Assembly: GCA_000004985.1 (NCBI GenBank)
Contig: GG738920.1
Source: Naegleria gruberi
Lineage: Eukaryota
DNA: 64,000 nucleotides
Strand: one strand, 5' to 3'
Part shown: positions 23,489 to 35,069 of the stretch, piece after piece
How positions within the stretch are numbered: position 1 is the first letter of the stretch
How the letters are laid out: every line of letters starts with the position of its first letter
Position numbers and translations under genes: made by a program
Notes under the pieces: generated by a model
The model's input: the letters and a program-made list of their open reading frames with translations, nothing else
Database searches by the model: none
What the model was told of the DNA's origin: nothing

Positions 23489-26023
23489 TTATTGCTTACA
23501 CCATTGATTAAAAGATTGCTCCTCCCTTCCGAATAATCCATGATCAAATCCATATTTGATAACTCTTTCAATTATTTCGGAAAATGTGCTGTCATCAGAG
23601 TAGTGCTCTAATTCACTCCATAACATTTCAAAGTTGTCCTTTCCAACGATGATTTGTTTCGATACAATGGGTATTAAATCTTTCATTTCGTGTTGGTGAG
23701 CTTTCTTGATGAGTGGAATTTGATGAATTGAGGGAACATAGTTCATGAATCCATAACAATATTGAATGAGATATTTCATCTCTGGACCATATTCTTCCAG
23801 TTCAATGGACCAATTTCCTTCGAATAGAGTTTCAAAGTAGACACTTCTCGAGATGAGAACTGTTTTGTGGCAATGAATTTTCTGATTTCCTACTAGGAAA
23901 CAAATATCACTGGTTGAGTGGTCATTGAATAGGTCCATTAGTGGTGATTTGGAAATATTGTTTGGCTTTTCTTCCCAAGTTACTGGTTTGATAGTTTTTC
24001 TCTTGATGATTAATCTCAAATACTTGTCAACTCTTTCATCAGTTTCAATAAAGAATTCGTATCCAGGTTCTGATGCCTGACTTCCCATGAAATCCAAACA
24101 ATAGTCCTTAATTTTCATCAAAGGAGAAGCTGCTGATGTTGATGAAAAGAATGAAGCATCTCTTGTGAGATAGCTTTCAATAGATTCCAGAATATCCAAA
24201 ACATTATCGAATCCAATTTTTGTAATCACTGATTGAATAATCATTGATTTCATGTAAATTAAATCTCCATGAGCTTGACCAAGTAAAAAGAGAATGCAAA
24301 GACTTTCGTCTGTATCCATATTCGATAATGTGGAATGTTTTTGATAGAGAATTTGATCCAAAATTCTCTGAACTATAGAGCATTCCTTCTCGTTCAAAGA
24401 GCTAATGAAATTATTATTCGAAATAACATTCTTATAGAAATTAGGAGTCATTCGTGCAAGAAGTGGTCTAAAGGCAATCAATCTATCAAATCTATCCATT
24501 TCAAGTTTCCGTACAGAAATATTATCTTCAAAGTGCCAATAATTTACTGCATCCGAAGCAAAATCTCTATTCATATGATCCACCAATGCCTGCTTTCTCA
24601 ATTCCTCCAAATCTATATTCTTCTTTTTGCAAATATTCAATATAATAGAGTCGACAGAAGCTTTGGCATGGAGCAGCAATTTGATAATGTTCCAATGCTC
24701 AAGAGTGCAAGCAATTAAAAGAGGTGTCTGTTATTATTGTGGTTGTTATGGTTGTGGTTGTTTGGAGAAGAGATGCAGTTGATGATGAAGACGGTTAATA
24801 GCGATGTTAAATTGTGTGGCAACTTACTTTCTGTGTTGTAGTGAGCTGTGCGTCAGTGTTGCTGAGATACTTACATACTGTGAAGTTGTGGAAATGTGTA
24901 AAAAGAACCAAATATTACAAATGCACTTACTATCTAAAAAAGTAAAGTCTAGACTGTTGGTGATGCGAAACTTACAAGCTGAAAAATGATAAGAACTTTA
25001 GTTTAGAGATTCCAAAGGAGCAACATACCATATTCATCTAAATTCCCAAAACCTTTTAACCATCAAACTTCATTGCTGGAATACTTACTGTCTGAGGCAA
25101 GTCAGTTAACACACAATATTTCAATATTGGTACTTACTTCCTATGTGTTGTGTAAGAATCTTTAAACTGTATCCAATACTTACATGCTGGCAAGAGTGTG
25201 AATTAATTGTTGCTCCAACCTGAATTACTACTTACCCACTATTAAAATAATGATTGATTATCCATTCGTTCCTAGCTGGTTAAAATAATCTACACTTACA
25301 TCGAACTATTCCATTTAGGATAAACTACATTAGTTATGGTGCCTACTTACAAACTGGAACAATGTGTGAAAATAATGGATTGGAATCTCTCTTAATACTT
25401 ACCCCTTGATTAACGTCTGTGCGATTACAATCTAACAACATTCTAACCAATTCTTCATTTCCTCTTTGACAAGAGACACATAGAGGTGTCTTTTCAAATG
25501 CGTTTGGAAATTTGATATCCAAAGTGTTTACTTACTTCCTATGAACGTGTCAATGAAATTTTAACTTCTGAATCACTTACTTCCTACAAGCACATAAGTG
25601 ACACAAGTGTTTCATCATGATCATCACAATAACTGATTAATAATTATGATTAGAATTAATTCACTTACCATCTAGATGATATTCAAGCTTTTACAACATT
25701 TTCGTTATCTAAATAACTTACAAACTATTTCAGAATGAGTTGACAAAATTCTTCTCAATACTACTTACTCCAATATTTGTATTTAAATGAGGAATCTTGA
25801 GTAAATTATCAACGAGTACTTCCTGTTCCTGTTCACAGGCCCAATATAATAATGTCTTATCCTGTAAATTCTTCAGTGGTTTATTAATCATCCATCTATC
25901 CTCCACAAGAGATGGCGGAAGTTTGCAATTCTCTAAAACCGATTCAATCATCATTAGACTATCTTCCCTCTGTGTCTCAGAAGCAGAAGTTGTGAACGTG
26001 GCCTGTAAAGTGGAGCTGTTCAT
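23489..26023 (-). CDS. ankyrin-repeat + BTB/POZ domain protein encoded by 3 normal exons and 14 microexons
   Basis: Exons on minus strand: 25769..26023 (M...KTLLYWACEQ...LNTNIG), then microexons 25722..24, 25669..71, 25581..83, 25536..38, then 25403..25489 (TPLCVSCQRGNEELVRMLLDCNRTDVNQG). Then microexons 25351..53, 25300..05, 25236..38, 25184..86, 25138..40, 25089..91, 24976..78, 24931..33, 24875..77, 24828..30, then 23489..24727 (TPLLIACTLEHWNIIKLLLHAKASVD... plus BTB DICFLVGNQKIHCHKTVLISRSVYFETLF). Every spacer is bounded by ct...acttac on the + strand (AG...GTAAGT on minus). Confidence 0.55.
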
Positions 26024-26460
26024 TTTGTTTTTTTGGAGCTTTAACGAGCGAGATGGCCACTTTCACTTTTTGTGGCGCGAGGAAAAAGATGAATTCAATG
26101 CCAACAACAGCAACCTTGAAGATGTGATAAGGGCGCTGTATATTGAGACAATTTCAAGTTGAGGAAATTTCCTTATGAAGAGGTGTGAATAATGGTCTGT
26201 TGGAATGAGGGTATGAACTCTCACAAAGTTTTCCTGACGTGGCAGTAAGCTGTGTGAAAAAAATGGTCTGATTAGAAGCCAGTAAACAGAATTAATTTTG
26301 CATTTTACTGTTTATTTTAGATACTGTTTAACTATTGACCTCTTCAATTAGCAAATGGTGTTGCTCCACTATCCAGAGTCAAAATATATTCTTCAGAATC
26401 AAGATGACTCAGAAATCAACGCACGAAAGTACAATCTCTACAAATATAAGCAAAATTATT

Positions 26461-26531
26461 TGCATTAGCCGGGAGTCGAACCCGGGTCACCAGCTTGGAA
26501 GGCTGGTATGATACCGTTACACTACTAATGC
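26461..26531 (-). tRNA. tRNA-Gly (anticodon UCC)
   Basis: Reverse complement is GCATTAGTAGTGTAACGGTATCATACCAGCCTTCCAAGCTGGTGACCCGGGTTCGACTCCCGGCTAATGCA. It folds as a cloverleaf with anticodon loop CTTCCAA and T-arm GGGTTCGACTCCC. It is near-identical in layout to eukaryotic tRNA-Gly-TCC. No intron, CCA not encoded. Confidence 0.85.
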
Positions 26532-26599
26532 TCGTTATTAAGCGTATTAAGGAATAATCATCTTTCCTTACACTACAATTAAGATATTATTGTTTTAAT

Positions 26600-29500
26600 T
26601 TATTGATTCAAATGCTTTAGTGCATCAAAGCCTATAACTGCAAGAAAACCAGAACCTACCAATGCTGGAATGACTGTATAAATATACATGTGATAATAGG
26701 CAATCACAAGTGGCCAACCAATCCATATAATAGTAATTGGCATTAGTATTAATTGTCCTAAAATTCCCAAATTTTTACAAAATCTTCCACAAGACTTGAG
26801 TAACCCAACGTAAATATCTGTTAAAATACTCATTCCTACTGAAGCATTGAAATAGGATCTGTATGCATGTATACTTTCCAGTGAAACAAAACCATACCAG
26901 AATACACAGTATCCCCAAGCAATAATAAATAACAAGATATTGATCCAATAGAATATTCCTGACTCTGCTATCAATACAAAAGACAATAACCAAAACACCC
27001 AACCTAACACAAAATCTTGAATGTAGAAGGTATAAACATGTAAAATAAATACATAGTAAAGAATTGGAGAGATGTTGTAAAGGTTACTAACAAGTGATGA
27101 AGACCACCCACCAATACTACCAATGCTCATTACAGTTTTACAAACAAGTACTCTTATATCAAAATAGAAAGGACTGAATGCAACTGAAAATCCATAGAGA
27201 ATTATTCCCACAGAGCTAAGAACAGAAGCAATACCAAGGAATACACTTGTTGCGTACTTCTTTCCATAAAAACTTCTATAGTTCCACAGTTGGAAGTCCC
27301 TATCACCCCACCATCTATACCCTAAGAATGGGAAAACATCCATTAGGTTGAAGAGTTTTTCAGTTAGGGAAACCAACAACATGAATAGGTTGATTGGAAT
27401 TAACAGTACCAAGAACTCAATTCTATCCCATGTCATATCACTTTCTATTCCTTCAACGTGTGAGAAGAGGCTAATGAGATAATAGAACGGATAAAGAACC
27501 AATCCCAAGAGCTTGTATCTAATGAAGAAAAGCTTGTAGATGTGTTCTATGACATGTTGTGTTTCAGCCTTGACAATATGATGGAAACCAGCTTTGTAGT
27601 CATCATTGACAGCATCCTCAAAAGTGTACTGCTTGTATGAGTAACGACTCTTTTTTTCTAGATATCTCTTGATATACTCATTTCTATTCTCAGAATCTGA
27701 AGCAGAGAAGGCCTTCTTGAAAACAGATGTGAAATCTTCATTCTTATATGATCCAATAGCACTGTAGTAAGCTTCATTCAAGTTGATATTATTGTAATAG
27801 TGGTAAGAGTTATAATTATTGGTATTGTTATACTTGGCTTGGAACTTTTTGTCAATCAAATTTGCCTTCTTATCAATATCGAGATACAATTGCCAAAGGA
27901 AGGAATCCTGTCTTGACAATTCGTGCCAATGTTTACAGACACGATCAAAGCTTGCTGCATTTTCTTCAGGGGTGAGGTAAGTCAAAATTTCAAAGAACAT
28001 ATCACTTGGTAATATCTCACCATTATCCTCACTTGTGTTTTTGGTTTTTGATTTGGTGGTTGAGAATGGTTTTGTTTTCATGAACGCCATTAAATGCTTA
28101 ATACATGCAACTGTGAAGAAATACAATCTCTTGACAGTGTAAGGGAATTGATAAACAAATGTAAGATTAATAAATAAAGCTGCAAGGCAAATGATATCCA
28201 AAATAGCACTCTTGAATTCAATCCACAATGTTCTTCTAACACCTTCCTTTAGCATCAAGTATCTGTACACAACGAATGGTATTCTCCAGAACATTACCAA
28301 TAGAGCAATACCAAATACAAGAGTCAGCAAATCAACAAGTGTCTTGGCAATTAAAACTCTAAGTTCTCTTCTTCTTTCTTCATCTCTGTTCTTCCACTGT
28401 TCATAGAGGAAAAGATATTTGAACATAAAGTAAACTCTATATGGAATAACAATACAAGTACATAGAGAAATTATAACAAGTGGAATATCAATGATTAATT
28501 GCAATGCCTGATCTCTAATAAATTCTCTATATCCTCTCTTAGATTTCTTCTTTGAAAGGAAGTGATAAAGCTCAACATTTCTGTAAACAGACAACACAAC
28601 TACCAATGTGAGTAGCATGTATGGTACATCAAGTATAATTTGACTAAGATGGTATCTAATAATTCCTCTTCTTCCCTTAGCTGTTTCTTCGATCCATGCT
28701 GATTTCAGTGCATTTGGAATTCTCCATAAAAGAAGTGGAATAAGAGCTATGTGAATTATGTCGAGAATGAGTTCGTAAAATTCCAAAAGAATGGAATAGT
28801 GAGCTTCTGATAGCTTTCCTGAAACATAAGCAGCAGTAATGATATTTACAACTCGCTTCGATCTCCAGGATACCAATAGCAAGGCTGAACATAAAATGCA
28901 AGGAATATCTAGGACCGTTAGGAAAGCGTTAGTTCCCAATAGGATTAATCGTTTCTTATAGTCTGTTTCGTTTGCTAAGGCTCTTAATATATGTTTGATT
29001 CTCCAAACAGTGAGGGATGAAAGAAGGAATAAAATAATTATAGGAATGTCTTTAACTAGATTCCAAAAAACGAGAGCTATTTGTTTGTGGACTTCCAATG
29101 CTTCTCTGATAGCAAATGTAGATTTGAAAACAGGATGTGTCTTGAGAACAGCAACTAAATCCTTGATTCTATAAACTGTGAGAACAATAATTGCAGAAAA
29201 TACAGTACAAATCAAATCCAAAGGAATTGATAAAGCTTGAGAAACAATTACCTTGGCGGCCAATTTCTTTGGTTCCTTCTGCCCAACAAGAGACTTCATA
29301 GTTGTGACAGTAATTGGAATACGGTAGACTGTGAATGTTACCAAATAAGTGCAGATAATTAATGGGATTTGGAGAGGAAGCAAATAAAGTTGCTTTAACA
29401 CCTTTCCTCTAAAGAAGGTGAATAATTCTCTCTGCTTACCCAACTCTTTTTCTTCCTTCTTTGCCTTTTTGTATTTTCTAAATAAGAGGAAGATAGTAAA

Positions 29501-31401
29501 GATGTGCATGATGGAGAGTATCATTAAAACTAGAGAAATAGTAAATGGGATATCTATCATGGCATCCAAAAATTGTTGAAGAGCTAATTTTCTTCTCTTT
29601 TCTGCAGTTTCATATTCTTCTTTATGGAATACCCAAATCTTGAGAATAATTACTGGTAAACGCCACATTGACAGCAAACCCAACAAAATAAAAGGTAAAT
29701 CTTTCAAGACTGCAAAAGCTTCAGAAATAATAATAAATTGATAGAGAGTGTCTTCTGTTCTTATTCTCTTAATAGTTGTACCTACTCTGTAAAGAGTTGG
29801 AACGACAAGGACTACCATTGCAGTTATTGCTACCACATCAAGAATACTTTGTACAAATTCTTCCATGGCCTTGTTTCTCATACTTCCCGCCTTTTCTTCA
29901 TTGGTAATGATGGTAAGATAGTGTAGAATAATTCTTGGAATTCTCCACAATGACATAATTCCTAAACAAATAAAAGCAATATCAATAATCCAATTTTTGA
30001 AAATATCCCTAATAAGTTCTCTTCTCTGAATAAAAATTTCATTTCCAACAACCTCTACCTTATCAAGTTCATCGCTATCACTATTTGAAAAGAATTTCTC
30101 ATCATAAAAGACATCAATAAATATGGAAGAGTAAAGATGGGAAGCTCTCCAAAAGGTAACAAATATTGGAACACATAAAACTATATGCATAAAATCCAAT
30201 ACCATTTGAGAGAACATGTACAAGCTAGTTGAATGGAAGTATAAGAAATTACCCTTCTCAAAGAGCTTCTTTTGTTCGGATCTAGTAATTTCCCATCTGT
30301 ATCTGGTTACAAATAATGTAATGAATGCCAATAATGAAGGCAAATCAAGGACCAGACAAATAAATTGTTCGAATGTGATTACTCTCATAGATTTAGTTCT
30401 CTTTTCATCTCTATATTGTTGAATTATTGGAATAAATCTATAAATGGTGATTGAAAGACAAAGACCTAGAGCAATAAATGGCATGTCAATAAGTACTTCT
30501 ACACAATGTGAGAAACAGTAAATAGCTCTGTCAAACCCTTCAGCTGGTTGTTCTTTGAATCCTTTGATAAATCCCTTAATTCTATAAAATCCAATAATAT
30601 TAAATAGAATACTCAAAGCATATGCTGGTATTTCCATAAGAATATAGCATCCATTTCTGAAAAATAGTTCGTGTGTCCATTTTTGGCTCCAAACATGAGG
30701 AATTCTCCACATGGTAACTGCAATCAATAACTGATAATTCAAGTTAAAATATTTAAAAGTCAAACAATAATACATACACAAAATGGCAAGCATAAATAAT
30801 CTAACACTGCTTTAACAGTATAATCAGCCATTAAATCAGTAAATGCAGATAATGTTTGAGATTTGTATCCTTGTTTTAAAAAGTATATGAATCTGACAGG
30901 ATTTACCAACATTACAATAGAAAATAAATGTTTAGGCAAACGTATTTGGAATTCACCCCAATCAGAGAAGATATCTACATTACTATTACGATAGCTTCTT
31001 CCAATCTTGTCATCCCACACAATGAAAGCTCTAATTGACATGGCCAACATGGACAAGAAGGTGACTGTCAATGAAATCATCATACTCCAAAAACCTGTAG
31101 AATTTTCCGAAATGTAAAGAGCATAAGTTTCATAGAATGCAAATATTGGATACAAAACAATGGATGGTACTGCAAGTGTAACGATCGGATACATGACTGG
31201 AAACATTAAATAATAGATCAACAATACACCATTATTAAAGTCTGAGTATAAACGCTTTCTACTTCCATAATTATGTGAAATATCCAATGCCAATGTGAGT
31301 AATAATAATGCTGGTGAATAAAAGAGGCATGATACAAAATCAATTACTATTAACCCCAATTTGAGGGCTATTCTCAGTAGAGTTACCACTAACAACTCCA
31401 T
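26600..31401 (-). CDS. about 1580-aa polytopic membrane protein with internal F-box and repeated [LVM]WRIP motifs. complement(join(26600..30730,30778..31401)).
   Basis: A 47-nt GTATGT...TATCAG intron (30731..30777, phase 0) joins the 213-aa and 1397-aa track ORFs. More than 20 predicted TM helices, many followed by WRIP/YRIP/WRLP. Central F-box ILPSDMFFEILTYLTPEENAASFDRVCKHWHELS. Confidence 0.5.
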
Positions 31402-31707
31402 TCCGATATGATGATGATGATGTTGTAAACAGTAATAAAAATAATCAGCTAATGATGGGTGCTGATTTAAAAGATACCAAGCATCTGTCTCTGATAATTT
31501 TTTTAAGTGGAAGAAAAGTTCATTCAGCTGTGGTAACCTTTTGGGAACACCAAAAACTAAAACGAACAGAGAACTAACACGTAAAAGAAGAACATTTAAA
31601 AAATTAAAAGATACAATACTAAGCGAAACTGCATTGAAAACATTGATCTATTTTCTTTCCATACACATGACGTCAATTACAAAGGAGAAAAGGAAGATTA
31701 ATTTACT

Positions 31708-32460
31708 TTACATGAAACTAGTTTCAGAATTATTCATAGCTGCTGATTGTTGTCTTTGTGTTAAAATACGCTTAAATCCTTCTATCAAGTTTGGATGTTC
31801 ACCTTTGAATATTATGTTAACATTATCTAGAGTTTGTTGGGCTGATTGTTGTTGATTGTTAAGCAGTTTGATTTGTTGTAAGAAATCAGCAAATTGTCTA
31901 TTTGTCAAAACTTCTTTAGCTTGCTTAAAGAATTCCTTGCCTTCCAAAGCTTGAGCTTGTTGTGATTGAGTTTGTTGTTGCATTATTGATTGATTATTGA
32001 TATTTGAAGAATTGAAACTTCTATTCTCTGACATCATGCTGTTATTTGTTTGAGTTGGAGGAATGAATTGACTTGTGTTGTTTCCATTCGAAGAAGGATC
32101 TTCAAGTTCTTCCAAATTGATTGATTGAATAATTTGTTTCTTGAATGCTTTCAACTTTGAAAGTTCCCCGTTGAGGGCCTTTACTTGAGCTGACAGTCTA
32201 TCTCTTTCACTTTGGAGATCTTGGTTCATTTCTTGTATAGTTTTCATGGCAGTATTGAGACTTTGATATTCAAATTGTAATTTGCTGTGTTGTTGATTAA
32301 TTTGATGAATTTCCTCTTGCTTTTTTTGTCCAATTTTTTTCAATCCTTCAATTTCATCCAACATTTGTAATTCCTTTGTTTTCCATGCTTTGTTTAAAAT
32401 AGCAATGCCCAATTCAAATTGTTCTTCGGCATTGTTTGTATTAAGACTACTAGTGTTCAT
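31708..32460 (-). CDS. coiled-coil, Gln/Asn-rich hypothetical protein
   Basis: 250-aa ORF with ATG at 32458-32460. Heptad-rich segment (LQSERDRLSAQVKALNGELSKLKAFKKQ). No catalytic motifs. Confidence 0.4.
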   Translation of the reverse strand: MNTSSLNTNNAEEQFELGIAILNKAWKTKELQMLDEIEGLKKIGQKKQEEIHQINQQHSKLQFEYQSLNTAMKTIQEMNQDLQSERDRLSAQVKALNGELSKLKAFKKQIIQSINLEELEDPSSNGNNTSQFIPPTQTNNSMMSENRSFNSSNINNQSIMQQQTQSQQAQALEGKEFFKQAKEVLTNRQFADFLQQIKLLNNQQQSAQQTLDNVNIIFKGEHPNLIEGFKRILTQRQQSAAMNNSETSFM

Positions 32461-32955
32461 AATAAATATAAATTAATTTAATAATAATGGTGATGAGATT
32501 ATTTCTAACGGGATGTTCTCTTTTAGGGAGGCAAACAAAAACTGTTTGGAGGTTTCTTAGGTTTTTTTTAAGTGTGTTTAACAGCTTTGATGTACGTCTA
32601 TTTTGGCGCCAATTTTGAATGCTAAGATTTTTAAATGAACGTTAGAGCTCTTGCTCAATACTTACACTTCCTTTACAAATACAACAATATTGTATGCACC
32701 TTAATAATATATTTATTGAATAATCATTCCTTTGATGAATTTAAACAATTTTAATTCATCCATAGATTTTAAGCAAATTTTGTCTTGTAGTTTTCCGACT
32801 TCAACTAACCGTTACAAACCAACATTTTTAAAATTAATTAAAAAATTTACAGCACCAACATTCACTTCATCTTCAGCACAGCCAAAAGCTAGGCAATAAC
32901 AAGATTATTATTGGAAGTTTATAAAAACATTTCCGAGTCAATCTTCAAGTGGACA

Positions 32956-34917
32956 ATGCCTCTCCACTATCCTCCCATTCGATTAGGACAACAGCCATCC
33001 AATCATCATGGCTCATCATCAGGAGGTTTATATCATCATCAAGGTAGTTCTACTTCGTTATTGTCGAGAGAGGACTCATCAATTGATATTTGCATAACAG
33101 GAGAGAAGAGCCATTTTGTCAGACAACATAGTGGAAGGAGCAACAGTCAGACACCAAGGTTAGCCAATCATAATATTCGGAATATTGCTTCACCAATTCC
33201 TCATCCAATCAATGCTTCCTCTTTTAATACATCGACGACAACAACAAATCAACATCATCAGACGGTGATGAATAATAGTGCTAGTATTAATACCAATGGT
33301 AACAATATTCCTCTAACTCTTGATTCTAATTTATCGAGCATATTGAAGGAACACTTGGACGAATCACTTATTAATTTCCTTCAACAAAATCCTCAGCTAA
33401 TTGACTCGAGTGCAATTAGTTTACTAAATCTTGTAAATAAGCATGCTTCTTCTAATAATCAACAAGTTGTACAACCTCAAACAACTCTACCCGAACATAC
33501 ATCAAACTCCCAACATCAAGGTATTCCCAACTTGACTGTAAATAATAGTAGTATGAATAATGAGGCAGTTTCATCCTCTGAACCAAAGATTACAATCATT
33601 AGAGAATACAAACAACACATGAAACCTACCACTAAAACGAAAAAGAAACCAAAATATGTCCCACCCACCATGGATAAAGCTGTAAGGAAAAAAGAGGACA
33701 GATTATGTGCTCTTGTCGTTCCCAATAAGCAAAGTGTAGAGTTTCCAGATGAATTTGAATTCAATGAAAAACACAAATCATTTATTTACAATCCAGAACC
33801 TACAAAGACTTCGTTTTTGGAAAGATTAAGCTTTTTGGATAGTAAGAAATCAAGGGATAGGAGTTTGAATTATTCAATATCCAATCAAAAGGAAGGAAAT
33901 CCAATAGAGCTATTTTCAAATAATGACATTAGCTATTACAACAAGTCTGATTTTTTGTTAGCTTCTGAAAAATTTGTAAAAACGGAAAAGGAACGAAATA
34001 ATGGAACAATTCCTCAATGGAACAAAATTACTGATAATATTCCAATGGGTTTTATTGACGATCTCAATGCAGATTATATCATTCAACCTGTTGATAGATC
34101 AAACTCAGTGATACCAGAAGAAGTGGAAGAAGCACCAGCAGAACGTGAAACCTTCTTCATTACAGGACTGGACGAAACAAATAACACTAACAACTCGATA
34201 CTTTCCAAAACTCAAAAATCTAACACTCAAAAATCAGAAATGCCAGAACTACCCTCTCGAATCAGTACCCCTAACTATGTGTTATTCTCTAGAGATGGCA
34301 CTAATCTTTCCCAAATGTCACAACACTCACAAAGAAGTGTTTCTCCTAATGTATCTGTAAACCTCTCACGACCTCACTCAACCCTAAGCTACCATTCAGT
34401 TCCCTCTAACAATTACCTTTCCAATCACTCGCTAATTTACCAAGAAAATGCACCACCAAGACCAAACACTTCCATGAATGTGGATAGAACAGCAGTACTC
34501 TCTGCTAAAAAGAAGTGGAATGTCTTTCCTCCTCGTCAGAAAATCATTGTGAATAATCCTAACAAACCAATCAATAGTTTTGTTGCTGAGCAATCGATGA
34601 ACTTGTATCACTCCTCGAGCAGTAGAATGGATTTTTCAAGAAGTGCCACACCTTTATCCACATTAAGAGCTAAAAGCTCAATGTCCTCTCGATCTGGATA
34701 CTCTATAAATACAAGTCAATCCCATGATAGCTCAGAACAGGAAGAAATTGTAATTCGACTTCCTGACCAATGTCTAATCTCTGCCACAAGCAAACCAATC
34801 ATTTCCAAGCCAACCCCAATCAAACAACACTCAATTTTCAACAAGAGTCAAGATAGAACTTGCAATTCCATCAATAACAGAGATCTCCTCAATATTTCAC
34901 CCATAAACAACCAATAG
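32956..34917 (+). CDS. Ser/Asn/Thr-rich low-complexity hypothetical protein
   Basis: The track ORF starts at a TTG (32911). The first ATG is at 32956 (MPLHYPPIRLGQQ). 653 aa, compositionally biased. Confidence 0.35.
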   Translation: MPLHYPPIRLGQQPSNHHGSSSGGLYHHQGSSTSLLSREDSSIDICITGEKSHFVRQHSGRSNSQTPRLANHNIRNIASPIPHPINASSFNTSTTTTNQHHQTVMNNSASINTNGNNIPLTLDSNLSSILKEHLDESLINFLQQNPQLIDSSAISLLNLVNKHASSNNQQVVQPQTTLPEHTSNSQHQGIPNLTVNNSSMNNEAVSSSEPKITIIREYKQHMKPTTKTKKKPKYVPPTMDKAVRKKEDRLCALVVPNKQSVEFPDEFEFNEKHKSFIYNPEPTKTSFLERLSFLDSKKSRDRSLNYSISNQKEGNPIELFSNNDISYYNKSDFLLASEKFVKTEKERNNGTIPQWNKITDNIPMGFIDDLNADYIIQPVDRSNSVIPEEVEEAPAERETFFITGLDETNNTNNSILSKTQKSNTQKSEMPELPSRISTPNYVLFSRDGTNLSQMSQHSQRSVSPNVSVNLSRPHSTLSYHSVPSNNYLSNHSLIYQENAPPRPNTSMNVDRTAVLSAKKKWNVFPPRQKIIVNNPNKPINSFVAEQSMNLYHSSSSRMDFSRSATPLSTLRAKSSMSSRSGYSINTSQSHDSSEQEEIVIRLPDQCLISATSKPIISKPTPIKQHSIFNKSQDRTCNSINNRDLLNISPINNQ

Positions 34918-35069
34918 TTTAATAACCACACAATATAATCTTATCTTATTCCATATAATCTTTGAACAATTATCAAATTTCATAGAGTTTTCGTACCGAA
35001 CGAACAAAAAACAATTTCTCCTCAGGTACATGATGATTCATCTTCGGACCAAAAAGCAAATCATAAAAA

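Noticed and set aside
24728-25768. Model with two long introns (279 nt and about 670 nt) that merely contain decoy GTAAGT sites
   Set aside because: All 14 AG-to-GT spacers are multiples of 3. Each is immediately followed on the template strand by the CT of an acceptor. That is far too regular for decoys. It is kept as an alternative only in the refutation criteria.
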